Assembly: GCA_017527155.1 (NCBI GenBank)
Contig: JAFXQI010000042.1
Location: 67,600-131,599 of the forward strand
Direction: 5' to 3'
Source of the DNA: Kiritimatiellia bacterium
Lineage (GTDB): Bacteria; Verrucomicrobiota; Kiritimatiellia; CAIQIC01; Lenti-01
Length of the DNA stretch: 64,000 nucleotides
Positions within the stretch are counted from its first letter, which is position 1. Every line of letters begins with the position of its first letter. The position numbers were made by a program, and so were the translations under genes. This document shows, in pieces, positions 1 through 8,191 of this stretch. Under the pieces are notes generated by a model. That model saw only the letters and a program-made list of their open reading frames with translations. It did not search any database and was not told the origin of the DNA.

Positions 1-154
1 GGACGAAGCGCTCGCTGCCGACTTCGACGGTGTGGCCGGCGTTGTTGCCGCCCTGGGCGCGCACGACCCAGTCGGCGCGCTCGGTCAGGACGTCGATGAT
101 CTTGCCTTTGCCTTCGTCGCCCCATTGGGCGCCGATCAGGATGGTGTTGGACAT
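1..154 (-). CDS. purA: Adenylosuccinate synthetase, N-terminal fragment; gene continues beyond the window start
   Basis: Reverse complement of 1-154 reads [51 protein letters not shown], the classic PurA N-terminus ([10 protein letters not shown]-loop, GHNAGH). GAGGAG lies just upstream of the ATG at 154. Confidence 0.7.
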   Translation of the reverse strand, partial: MSNTILIGAQWGDEGKGKIIDVLTERADWVVRAQGGNNAGHTVEVGSERFV

Positions 155-192
155 GGGTGGGACTCCTCGGGAGGGTTGGATGGGCCGGGAGT

Positions 193-1068
193 CTAGCGCA
201 TGGGGGCGGGCGGGGCGACAAAAAACGCCGCCCGCGCCGCCTCCCGGCGCAAGGCTTCCTGCTTCGGCGGCAGGTCGCCCGCTTGCAGGAAATCCGCCAG
301 CTCGCGGCGGAGGTTGTCCGCCAGCGCGTCGTCGAGGGGCTTGCCCGTGCCGCGCCCCGGATGCGGCAGGCGCCGCAGGCCCAGTGCGCCGTCCACGTGC
401 GCTTGCAGGCGGCGGAAGTTCCAGTGGGTCCGCAGGAGGCGCCTGAGGTGGCGTCGCGCCGCCGCGTGCTGCGTCCGCAGGGCCGGCGGAATCTCCGCGG
501 CGGCGGCGGCTTCCGCGCCCGGCAGCAGCCACTCCAGCGGGAGGCGTTCCTCCAGTTGCAGGAGGGCGCGGAGGTGGACGGCGAGGCGCATGTAGCGCAT
601 GAGGGTCGAGTAGTTCATGCCCACGCGGTTGTCCTCCAGCCAGCCGCGGACGCCGCGGCCGCGGCCGCAGATGCGCTGGGCGCCGGTCGGCGAGACGGCG
701 TAGCGGTTGCCGCGGTCGAGCGTCGGCGCAAGGTCCGCCAGACGCGACCCGATCCGCAGGCGCACCGCCAGCGTGCGCGGGCGCTCTGCCGCGTCGGCGG
801 CCAACTCTTCCGGCGTCGGGATGCCGCGCAGGGAGGGCGAGGGCGGGCGCGGCGCCCGCAGGTGCGCGCGGCGGCGCAGCTCGGCGAGGACGGCGCGCCC
901 CGCCGTGTCGGCAATCCAGCCGCCCAGCGCCGCCGCCGAGAGGGCCGCGACGCCCGCGAGGGCGGCGGGCGCGAGGATGGGCAGGGCCAGGGCGCCGACG
1001 TAGGCGCGGGTGATGTCGCCGGCGATGCCGGCGGCCTCGCGGAGGAGGTGTTTCGTCGTGTTTTTCAT
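193..1068 (-). CDS. Hypothetical membrane-anchored protein, paralog family copy 1 (N-terminal TM helix, Pro-rich linker, possible HTH-like segment)
   Basis: ORF 193..1104 (-). Start chosen at MKNTT (1068) because it is the start shared with the two paralogs at 17386..18255 and 47711..48571 (about 70 % aa identity). Alternatives are ATG 1080 or TTG 1104. The hydrophobic stretch [28 protein letters not shown] is a predicted TM helix. The conserved block [24 protein letters not shown]...[30 protein letters not shown] is shared. The antisense + ORF 157..1392 is R/Q-rich junk. Confidence 0.55.
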   Translation of the reverse strand: MKNTTKHLLREAAGIAGDITRAYVGALALPILAPAALAGVAALSAAALGGWIADTAGRAVLAELRRRAHLRAPRPPSPSLRGIPTPEELAADAAERPRTLAVRLRIGSRLADLAPTLDRGNRYAVSPTGAQRICGRGRGVRGWLEDNRVGMNYSTLMRYMRLAVHLRALLQLEERLPLEWLLPGAEAAAAAEIPPALRTQHAAARRHLRRLLRTHWNFRRLQAHVDGALGLRRLPHPGRGTGKPLDDALADNLRRELADFLQAGDLPPKQEALRREAARAAFFVAPPAPMR

Positions 1069-1130
1069 GGCGCGGAGCATGGGGGAGAACGGCCGGGATG
1101 TCAAGGATTTTTCCTATGTGCAAAAGTGGG
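1069..1130 (-). promoter_or_regulatory. Conserved upstream element of the paralog family, copy 1: TTGACA-N17-CATGCT-N7-ATG plus an upstream A-tract block
   Basis: In gene orientation the sequence reads CACTTTTGCACATAGGAAAAATCCTTGACA-TCCCGGCCGTTCTCCCC-CATGCT-CCGCGCC-ATG. The same architecture is found upstream of copy 2 (18256-18318) and copy 3 (48572-48632). Confidence 0.35.
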
Positions 1131-1169
1131 CTGGATCGGTGCGCGGAGGGGCGCGGCGAGAGCGGGGCG

Positions 1170-2471
1170 TCAGGCGGAGGCGAGGCGGCGGGCGAGGGCG
1201 GCGGCGAGGGAGGGGAAGTCGGGGGCGTCGGGGAAGAGGCCCGCGGCGGCGACTTCGTGGCCGGGGCCGCTGCGGCCGTGGGTGCCGCGGATGCGGGAGG
1301 TGTTCTGGGAGGTGTGCGGGGGCGGGAAGGCGAAGTGCAGTTCGCAGGGGTCGAAGCCGGGTTTGTTGTGGATGTCCATCTGGCTGGCGTAGTCGGGGGC
1401 CTGGCGGGGGGAGGTCCACCAGGGGTAGGCGAACCAGCGGCCGGGGGCGGCGATGAGGAGGAAGTCGCCGGAGCGGGGTTCGTGCAGGACCTCCAGGGTG
1501 CGCTGGGCGTCGGGGTCGAGGACGAGGTCGATGCCGTCGAGGTGCTCCAAAAGGCGGCGGACGGCAGGGCGGTCGGAGGGGGAGGGGACGTGGACGTGGG
1601 CGATCTGGTGGTCGACGATGGCGAAGGCGCGGGAGGTGTAGAAGTCGGGGTAGAGCATCCCGGCGACGGCGCGGGTATGGAAGAGTCCGGCGTCGCGGAG
1701 GGCGCGGTTGGGGAACACGGCGCCGTCGGGGAGGGTGACGGGCTCGATGGCGTAGTCGCCGGTGACGAGCCATTCGTAGCCGAGGGTGGCCGCGGCGTCG
1801 AGGAGGGGGTCGAGCTGGGCGAGGGCTTCGCGGAGGGCGGCGGCGGCCTGGGGGGAGTCGGGGCCGTGGCGCTGCTGGGCGTAGTCGAGGGAGGAGAGGT
1901 AGAGGAAAAGGTGGTCGGGGGAATCGGGACGGCGGAGGATTTCGGCGGCGGCGGCGGCTTCCCAGCGGCCGACGCGTTCGCCGGAGAGGGGGCCCCAGTA
2001 GCGGTAGAGGTCGAATTTGCGGCCGATGGCGCGGCAGAGGTCGGCGTAGAGGGGCTCGGGGCGGGTGTAGCAGTCCATGACGATGCCGCCGTGGTGGCGG
2101 TGGATCGGCTTGGGCGAGAGGAGGAGGTCGAGGCTTTCGCCGAGGCTCTGCTGCCAGAAGGCCATGCCCACGGTTTCGCCGCGGGCGCGGGCGGCGTCCC
2201 AGATTCGCGGTCCGCGGACGAGGGCGGCGGACTGTTCCCAGAAGTAGGGGCGGGCGAGGTCGCGGTGGTACCAGCCGGAGGCGACGACGCCGTGTCCGGC
2301 GGGCGGCAGGGCGGTGCGGAGGGTGGCCTGCGCGGGGCACGTCAGCGAGAGGGGTCCGGGGAGGATGGGGCGGAAGGGGATTTTGGTTTGCGGCTTGTGG
2401 CGCTCGATGAGGTTCCAGCCGAGGCCGGCGGCGACGACGACGAGGGTTTTGCGGGGGGCGGAGGCGGTCAT
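1170..2471 (-). CDS. Alkaline-phosphatase superfamily protein (type I phosphodiesterase / nucleotide pyrophosphatase-like)
   Basis: Start [20 protein letters not shown] at 2471 (residue 114 of ORF 1170..2810). The remainder has AP-superfamily character ([35 protein letters not shown]). The R/P-rich N-terminal extension of the ORF is discarded as non-coding. Confidence 0.55.
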   Translation of the reverse strand: MTASAPRKTLVVVAAGLGWNLIERHKPQTKIPFRPILPGPLSLTCPAQATLRTALPPAGHGVVASGWYHRDLARPYFWEQSAALVRGPRIWDAARARGETVGMAFWQQSLGESLDLLLSPKPIHRHHGGIVMDCYTRPEPLYADLCRAIGRKFDLYRYWGPLSGERVGRWEAAAAAEILRRPDSPDHLFLYLSSLDYAQQRHGPDSPQAAAALREALAQLDPLLDAAATLGYEWLVTGDYAIEPVTLPDGAVFPNRALRDAGLFHTRAVAGMLYPDFYTSRAFAIVDHQIAHVHVPSPSDRPAVRRLLEHLDGIDLVLDPDAQRTLEVLHEPRSGDFLLIAAPGRWFAYPWWTSPRQAPDYASQMDIHNKPGFDPCELHFAFPPPHTSQNTSRIRGTHGRSGPGHEVAAAGLFPDAPDFPSLAAALARRLASA

Positions 2472-2890
2472 GGTTCTTCGGTTTCCAGTATGGCGAGTTG
2501 GACGGGACGGAGGGTGGAGGCGGCGTCGCGGAGGGTCAGGAGGGTCCAGCGGCGGGGCGGGGGAGGCAGCGGGGGGCGGTCGGCGAGGCGGGAGACGGCG
2601 CGGGGAGGAGGGGGCGGCGGCACGAGGAGTTCGTCGCGGTCGATGCGCCAGGGGGAGGGGGCGTCGGTGGCGGTCTCGGCGGGACGGAGGCGGGCCTGGA
2701 CGTGGAGGGTGCGGAGGCGGAGGGTCTGGCCGCGGAGCGTTTCCGCGCGGCGCAGGGCGCGGGAGGACTGGAGGGTGGCGGTGGCGGCGACGCCGGCGAG
2801 CAGAACGCACAGGGCGAGCGCGCCGAGGACTTCGACGAGGGTGAAGCCGCGGGAGGCCGGGCGGGGAAATGGGGGGAGGGGCGAGGTCAT
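2468..2890 (-). CDS. Prepilin-type N-terminal cleavage/methylation domain protein (type II secretion pseudopilin / type IV pilin-like)
   Basis: Start MTSPLPPFPRPASRGFTLVEVLGALALCVLLAGVAATA at 2890. The G-F-T-L-V-E motif followed by a hydrophobic helix is the prepilin signature. The stop overlaps the ATG of the downstream AP-family gene (TGATG-type junction). Confidence 0.65.
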   Translation of the reverse strand: MTSPLPPFPRPASRGFTLVEVLGALALCVLLAGVAATATLQSSRALRRAETLRGQTLRLRTLHVQARLRPAETATDAPSPWRIDRDELLVPPPPPPRAVSRLADRPPLPPPPRRWTLLTLRDAASTLRPVQLAILETEEP

Positions 2891-3110
2891 CTTGCGTTGG
2901 GTGTCATTGTGCGGAAACGGGGCGGGACTGCAAGTGGGAAATGGGGGGAAGGAGCAGGAAAATCCATGGGAGGAGGATGGGGGTGGAAACAGGGGGATTT
3001 CAAGGAGTTTTCCTTGATATCGCAAGTGGTTGGAACGGGGCGGGGGAGAGGCGGGGGAGCGGAGGAGAAAGGCGTTGCGCGGAGGGGGGGAGGGGGATAG
3101 AGTGGAGGGC

Positions 3111-3602
3111 ATGAATGGCATGGATACGAACGTGGAAAGCGATGGGTTCTTTCCGGCAGGACGGACGGAGAGGATCGTGAGCCGGTCGGCGGAGGAGACG
3201 CGGGCGGTGGCGGCGCGGTTGGCGTCGGAATGCCCGGACGGGGCGCTGGTGTGCCTGCACGGGGACCTGGGTGCCGGCAAGACGTGCTTCGTGCAGGGGC
3301 TGGCGCGGGCGCTGGGCATCCGGCGTCCGGTGGGGAGCCCGACCTTCACGCTCGTCAACGAGTACCGGGGAACGCGGGGGCTGGCGCACATCGATCTGTA
3401 CCGGATCCGGGGGGCGGCGGACGCGTTCAGCCTGGGCTTGGAGGACTATCTCCAGCATTACCCGGGAATCGTCGCGATCGAGTGGGCGGAGAGGGCGCTG
3501 GATTTCCTGCCGGAAGATGCCTGGCACGTGCGATTGACGCCGGGCAAGGCGGAAGGGGAGCGGGTGGTGGAAATCGCGCGGCCGGGGCGGTCAAGGGGAT
3601 AG
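3111..3602 (+). CDS. tsaE: tRNA threonylcarbamoyladenosine biosynthesis ATPase TsaE
   Basis: MNGMD...LHGDLGAGKTCFVQGLARALGI...SPTFTLVNEY matches TsaE/YjeE (Walker A GDLGAGKT, SPTF motif). Start at M28 of ORF 3030..3602. Confidence 0.75.
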   Translation: MNGMDTNVESDGFFPAGRTERIVSRSAEETRAVAARLASECPDGALVCLHGDLGAGKTCFVQGLARALGIRRPVGSPTFTLVNEYRGTRGLAHIDLYRIRGAADAFSLGLEDYLQHYPGIVAIEWAERALDFLPEDAWHVRLTPGKAEGERVVEIARPGRSRG

Positions 3603-4283
3603 GGTTCCGTCCCGGAGGGTGAGGCGGAGGGCGGAGGAGGGGGCGTTCCAGGCGGGGTGGTGGGTGACGAGAAGGAGGGTGGTGCCGGCGCGGTTGAGGT
3701 CGGCGAAAAGGTCCATGGTGCGGGCGGCGGTATCGGGGTCGAGGTTGCCGGTGGGTTCGTCGGCGAGGAGGAGGGTCGGGGGATGGGCGATGGCGCGGGC
3801 GATGGCGACGCGCTGCATTTCGCCGGCGGACAGGAGATGCGCGGGCTGGCGGGCCTTGTGGGCGAGTCCGACGCGATCGAGGGCGGCCAGGGATTTCCGG
3901 CGGGCTTCGGCGGCGGGCGTGCCGAGATAGCGGAAGCGGAGTTCGACGTTGGCGAGGGCGGAGCGGCCGGGGACGAGGCAGAATTTCTGGAAGACGGTTC
4001 CGACGGCGGTCTTGCGGAGGGCGGTGCGGTCGCGGTCGGGGAGGGTCGAGACGTCGCGGCCGTCGAAGAGGAAGGTTCCGGCGTCGGGCGGGAGGAGGAG
4101 GCCGGCGACCATGAGGAAGGTGGTCTTGCCGGAGCCGGAGGGGCCGGTGACGACGGCATAGGCGCCGCGGGGGAGGGAGAGATCGATGCCGCGCAGGATT
4201 TCGACGTCGCGGCCGTCGGCGGCGCGGAAGCGCTTTTTCACGCCCTGCATGGAGAGGGCGGGGGTGTCGGCGGGGGGCGGCAT
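3591..4283 (-). CDS. ABC transporter ATP-binding protein (LolD/FtsE/MacB-type), no permease gene adjacent
   Basis: MPPPADTPALSMQGVKKRF...VTGPSGSGKTTFL...LSAGEMQRVAIARAI...LLLADEPTGNLD contains Walker A, the ABC signature and Walker B. The start ATG shares one base with the ruvC stop. Confidence 0.7.
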   Translation of the reverse strand: MPPPADTPALSMQGVKKRFRAADGRDVEILRGIDLSLPRGAYAVVTGPSGSGKTTFLMVAGLLLPPDAGTFLFDGRDVSTLPDRDRTALRKTAVGTVFQKFCLVPGRSALANVELRFRYLGTPAAEARRKSLAALDRVGLAHKARQPAHLLSAGEMQRVAIARAIAHPPTLLLADEPTGNLDPDTAARTMDLFADLNRAGTTLLLVTHHPAWNAPSSALRLTLRDGTLSP

Positions 4284-4783
4284 CAGATGGGGGTGGCGGG
4301 GAAGTAGGTGTGGTTGGTCTGGAGGTGGCAGAGGGCGAGGGCCATGGCGTCGGTGGCGTCGTCGGGCGGGGTGTCCTCGAGGGCGAGGATGGAGGCGACC
4401 ATGCGGGCGACCTGGTCCTTTGGAGCGGCGCCCCAGCCGGTGAGGTTCTGCTTGGCGGAGCGGGGGGAGTATTCGTAGACGGGGACGCCGGCGACGGCGC
4501 AGGAGGAGATGGCGACGCCGCGGACTTCGCCGAGGACGAGGGCGGTCTTGCCGTTCTTGAAGTAGAATCCGCCTTCCATGGACGCGGCGGCGGGGGCGTG
4601 CACGGCGAGGAGTTCGTCGATGCGGTTGCGGATGGCGCGGAGGCACTCGGAGTGCGCGGCCTTGGGGGGCATCTTGACGACCTCCCAGTGGAGGCAGCGC
4701 ATGACGGAGCCGGCCGCTTCGATGACGGCCAGGCCGGTGCCGCGGAGGGAGGCGTCGATACCGAGGACGATGGTGGAGGGCAT
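4283..4783 (-). CDS. ruvC: Crossover junction endodeoxyribonuclease RuvC
   Basis: MPSTIVLGIDASLRGTGLAVIE... carries RuvC catalytic-fold motifs over 166 aa. Confidence 0.85.
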   Translation of the reverse strand: MPSTIVLGIDASLRGTGLAVIEAAGSVMRCLHWEVVKMPPKAAHSECLRAIRNRIDELLAVHAPAAASMEGGFYFKNGKTALVLGEVRGVAISSCAVAGVPVYEYSPRSAKQNLTGWGAAPKDQVARMVASILALEDTPPDDATDAMALALCHLQTNHTYFPATPI

Positions 4784-4801
4784 GGCGGGAGGAGCGTGTG
4801 G

Positions 4802-6013
4802 TCAGTCCACGCGGCAGAGGAAGCCTTTGAGGTAGGACGTTTCCGGGGCGCCGAGGGCCACCGGGTGGTCCGCGCCGGGGCCGAGCGCCTCCAGGATGCG
4901 GACGGATCGTCCGGCGTCGTGGGCGGCCCAGCCGAGCATTTCGAGGAAGGTGTCGGCTTCGACGAGGCCCGAGCAGGTGAAGGTCGCCAGGTAGCCGCCG
5001 GGACGGAGGAGTTTCAGGGCGAGGAGGTTGATGTCCTTGTAGGCTCTCAACCCTTTTTGGAGGCCGCCGCGGGAGGTGACGAGGCGGGGCGGGTCGAGGA
5101 CGATCAGGTCCCAGCTTTCGCGGCGGTCGCGGGCCTGGCGGAGGCGGGTGGGGACGTCGGCTTCTTCGTAGGCGACGGGGGTGCCGCCGGGGTTGGCTTC
5201 CTGGTGGCGGCGGGCGAGGGCGAGGGCGGGTGCCGAGGAGTCCCAGCCGATGACGCTTTTCGCCCCCGCGTGCGCGGCGCAGACTTCGAAGGCGCCGGTG
5301 TAGCAGTAGGCGGAGAGGACGTCGCGTCCGCGTGCGATGGCGGCCACCTTGCGGCGGTTTTCGCGCTGGTCGAGGTAGAAGCCGGTCTTCTGCCCGGCGT
5401 CGGGCGCGGAGAAGAAGCGGAAGCCGTTTTCGCGGAATTCGATTTCGGCGGGGGCGTCGTCGCCGCCGAGGTCTTCGGAAAGCCCCTCGCGGCGCACGGC
5501 GTCGGGGTCGGCGCGGACGAGGACGCGGTCGGCGGCGCAGGTTTCGCGGAGCGATGCGGTGACGCACGGCAGCCAGCGCTCCCAGGCCTTGCCGCCTACG
5601 TGCAGGACGAGCGTGCCGTCGTACTGGTCTGCCACCAGCCCGCTCAGGCCGTCGGCTTCGGAAAACACCATCCGCCACGCGGTCGTGTCCTTCCACTCGG
5701 CGCGCGTGCCGTAGAGGTCGTGGCGGAGGGCGGCGGCGGAACGGATGCGGTCGCGCAGGAAGTCCTCGCCAAGAATGGCATCGGGGGCGCGCGTGAGGAC
5801 GCGGACGCACAGGTCGGCGTCCGGGTTCCAGAGTCCGGCGGCGATCCAGGCGCCGTCGGCGGCGTACACGTCGGCGATGGCCCCGGCGGGCGCGTCGCGG
5901 TCGATGCCGTCCACCGCGCCGGAGAACACCCACGAGCTGCCGTGGCGCACGGGACGGTCGCGTCCGGGCAGCAGGCGCACGCGGATTTCCGCCGCTTCGC
6001 GGGGGGTGCTCAT
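4802..6013 (-). CDS. rlmI: Class I SAM-dependent rRNA (cytosine-C5) methyltransferase with PUA domain (RlmI-like)
   Basis: Start [15 protein letters not shown] at 6013 (M74 of ORF 4802..6232). The N-terminal PUA-like region is followed by the methyltransferase core ([29 protein letters not shown]). The start overlaps the rfbA stop by 4 nt. Confidence 0.65.
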   Translation of the reverse strand: MSTPREAAEIRVRLLPGRDRPVRHGSSWVFSGAVDGIDRDAPAGAIADVYAADGAWIAAGLWNPDADLCVRVLTRAPDAILGEDFLRDRIRSAAALRHDLYGTRAEWKDTTAWRMVFSEADGLSGLVADQYDGTLVLHVGGKAWERWLPCVTASLRETCAADRVLVRADPDAVRREGLSEDLGGDDAPAEIEFRENGFRFFSAPDAGQKTGFYLDQRENRRKVAAIARGRDVLSAYCYTGAFEVCAAHAGAKSVIGWDSSAPALALARRHQEANPGGTPVAYEEADVPTRLRQARDRRESWDLIVLDPPRLVTSRGGLQKGLRAYKDINLLALKLLRPGGYLATFTCSGLVEADTFLEMLGWAAHDAGRSVRILEALGPGADHPVALGAPETSYLKGFLCRVD

Positions 6014-6894
6014 TTCGCGGCCTCGGCGCCGTCGGCGAGGGCGAGGAGGTAGCGGCCGTATTCGTTCTTGGCCATCAGCTCGCCGCGTTCGCGGAGGGTG
6101 TCTTCCTTGATCCAGCCGGCGCGGAAGGCGATTTCCTCCAGGCACGCGATCTTGAGCCCCTGGCGCTCTTCGATGGTCTGCACGAAGTTCGACGCCTGGA
6201 GCAGCGATTCGTGCGTGCCCGTGTCGAGCCACGCGAAACCGCGGCCGAGCAGCTCGACGCGGAGCTTGCCGTCGCGGAGGTAGCTGCGGTTGAGGTCGGT
6301 GATTTCGAGTTCGCCGCGCGGCGAGGGCTTGAGGGCGGCGGCGCGGTCGCAGGCTTCGCCGTCGTAGAAGTAGAGGCCGGGGACGGCGTAGTTGGACTTG
6401 GGGCGCTTGGGTTTTTCTTCGAGGCCGAGGACCTTGCCTTCCGCGTCGAACTCGACGACGCCGTACCGCTCCGGGTCGCGCACGAGGTAGCCGAAGACGA
6501 GCCCGCCTTCCTTGAGCTTGCCCGCGCGCCGCAGGATGCCGGTGAGGCCCATTCCGTGGAAGATGTTGTCGCCCAGCACCAGCGCCGACGGCGACCCGCC
6601 CACGAAGTCGCGCCCGATGATGAACGCCTGCGCCAGCCCTTCGGGACGCGGCTGTTCGGCGTACTCCAGCCGCAGTCCCACGCCGCTGCCGTCGCCGAGC
6701 AGCGTGCGGAAGCGCGGAAGGTCCTCCGGCGTGCTGATGACCAGGATGTCGCGGATGCCGGCCAGCATCAGCACCGACAGCGGATAGTAGATCATCGGCT
6801 TGTCGTACACCGGCAGCAGCTGCTTGCTGATGCCTTGCGTGATGGGATAGAGGCGGGTTCCGCTTCCGCCGGCGAGGACGATGCCTTTCATCAT
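6010..6894 (-). CDS. rfbA: Glucose-1-phosphate thymidylyltransferase
   Basis: [51 protein letters not shown] is the canonical RfbA/RmlA N-terminus; 294 aa. Confidence 0.85.
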   Translation of the reverse strand: MMKGIVLAGGSGTRLYPITQGISKQLLPVYDKPMIYYPLSVLMLAGIRDILVISTPEDLPRFRTLLGDGSGVGLRLEYAEQPRPEGLAQAFIIGRDFVGGSPSALVLGDNIFHGMGLTGILRRAGKLKEGGLVFGYLVRDPERYGVVEFDAEGKVLGLEEKPKRPKSNYAVPGLYFYDGEACDRAAALKPSPRGELEITDLNRSYLRDGKLRVELLGRGFAWLDTGTHESLLQASNFVQTIEERQGLKIACLEEIAFRAGWIKEDTLRERGELMAKNEYGRYLLALADGAEAAK

Positions 6895-6926
6895 GGGGGG
6901 GCTCCTGGGTTTTCGGTGGGGGGCTG

Positions 6927-6982
6927 TTTTTCTAGATTTCTAGATAACTAGATTCCTAGGAAACTAGATTCTCTAGATTTCC
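6927..6982. repeat. AT-rich CTAG palindromic repeat cluster, locus L1 (tctagatttctagataactagattcctaggaaactagattctctagatttcc)
   Basis: A CTAGAT-rich island lies in an otherwise roughly 70 % GC context. It overlaps the hisC TAG stop and sits 33-88 nt upstream of the rfbA start. It is related to L2 (27463-27493), L3 (34463-34496) and L4 (53320-53356). Confidence 0.5.
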
Positions 6983-8085
6983 TTGAGGGCTTCCGCCAGC
7001 GCCGCGAGGCACGTCGCGTTCTCCTCCTCGGTGCCGATGCTGATCCGCACGTAGTCCGGCAGGCCGAACCCGGCGAGGGGCCGCACGATGACCTTGCGCT
7101 TCGTCATGGCGGCGGTGAGGGCGGCGGCCTTCTCGAAGCGGAACATGATGAAGTTCGTGACCGTTTCGACCGGGTCGAGGCCGAGCGCGCGCAGGCCGTC
7201 GGTCATCTGCTTCTGGCCGGCGATGAGGAGCTTGCGCGTGGACGAAATGTATTCCTGGTCCCCGATGGCCGCGACCGCCGCCGCCTGCGCCATCGCGTTG
7301 ACGTTGAACGGCTGCCGGACCTTGTTGAGCAGGTCGATGCCGTCCGGCTGCGCCATCGCGTAGCCGACGCGCAGCCCGGCCAGCCCGTACGCCTTGGAGA
7401 ACGTCCGCAGCGTGATGACGGGCTTCTTGCCGGCCTTGACGTGCTTGACGGTGTCCACCTGGCGCTCCGGCGGGACGAGCTCCATGTACGCCTCGTCGAA
7501 GACCGTCACCACGCGGTCCGGCACCGCGTCCACGAACGCGTCCACCTGCTCCTGCGTCAGGATGGTCCCCGTCGGGTTGTTCGGGTTGCCGATGACCACG
7601 ACCTTGGTGTTGGGCTTGATGGCGGCGAGCATCGCGTCCGGGTCGTGGGTCATGCCGTTCATGGGCACGAGCGTGCAGGTGCAGCGGAAGAGCTCCGACA
7701 CCAGCTTGTACACGACGAACGACCGCTGCGACGCCACCAGGTCGTCGCCCTCCCACATGAAGGCGTTGCAGATCAGCACCGCGTGCTCGTTGCAGCCGCA
7801 GCCGAGCATCACCATGTCGTCGCCGATGCCGTAATGCCGCGCGATCGCCTGCCGCAGGTAGTACGAGCCGCCGTCGGGGTAGCGGTTCATGTGCTCCACC
7901 GCGTCGTGCATGGCCTGCTTCGCCTTCGGCGAGGGGCCCCAGGCGTTCTCGTTCGACGCCAGTTTCACGATGCCCGACGCGTCCGCCAGCCCCAGCTCGC
8001 GCGCCACCTCCTCGATGGGGCGGCCCGGCTGGTAGGGTTTCTGCGCGGCGATCCAGTTGTTCGCGATGGTTCCGAAAAGACTCAT
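6973..8085 (-). CDS. hisC: Histidinol-phosphate aminotransferase
   Basis: 370 aa; NENAWGPSP, GNPNNPTG and TFSKAYGLAGLRVGY (PLP-lysine region) are typical of HisC. Confidence 0.85.
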   Translation of the reverse strand: MSLFGTIANNWIAAQKPYQPGRPIEEVARELGLADASGIVKLASNENAWGPSPKAKQAMHDAVEHMNRYPDGGSYYLRQAIARHYGIGDDMVMLGCGCNEHAVLICNAFMWEGDDLVASQRSFVVYKLVSELFRCTCTLVPMNGMTHDPDAMLAAIKPNTKVVVIGNPNNPTGTILTQEQVDAFVDAVPDRVVTVFDEAYMELVPPERQVDTVKHVKAGKKPVITLRTFSKAYGLAGLRVGYAMAQPDGIDLLNKVRQPFNVNAMAQAAAVAAIGDQEYISSTRKLLIAGQKQMTDGLRALGLDPVETVTNFIMFRFEKAAALTAAMTKRKVIVRPLAGFGLPDYVRISIGTEEENATCLAALAEALKEI

Positions 8086-8191
8086 GGTGTGTGCTCCTTT
8101 GGTTTGTCAAAATGCGGTTTCAGAAAACTCGATGGATTCGATGGTTTCGAAAAAATCGAAAGAATCGGAACGGTTGCCGCTTGAACGGCGG

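Noticed and set aside
157-3017. Long + strand ORFs (157..1392, 1098..3017, 200..595 and similar) antisense to the paralog, AP-family and pseudopilin genes
   Set aside because: R/G/Q/P-rich, low-complexity translations typical of stop-poor high-GC shadow frames. The opposite strand encodes recognisable proteins.
3619-4307. + strand ORFs 3619..3930 and 3657..4307 opposite the ABC ATPase
   Set aside because: Shadow ORFs with G/A/E-rich low complexity. The minus frame has canonical ABC motifs.
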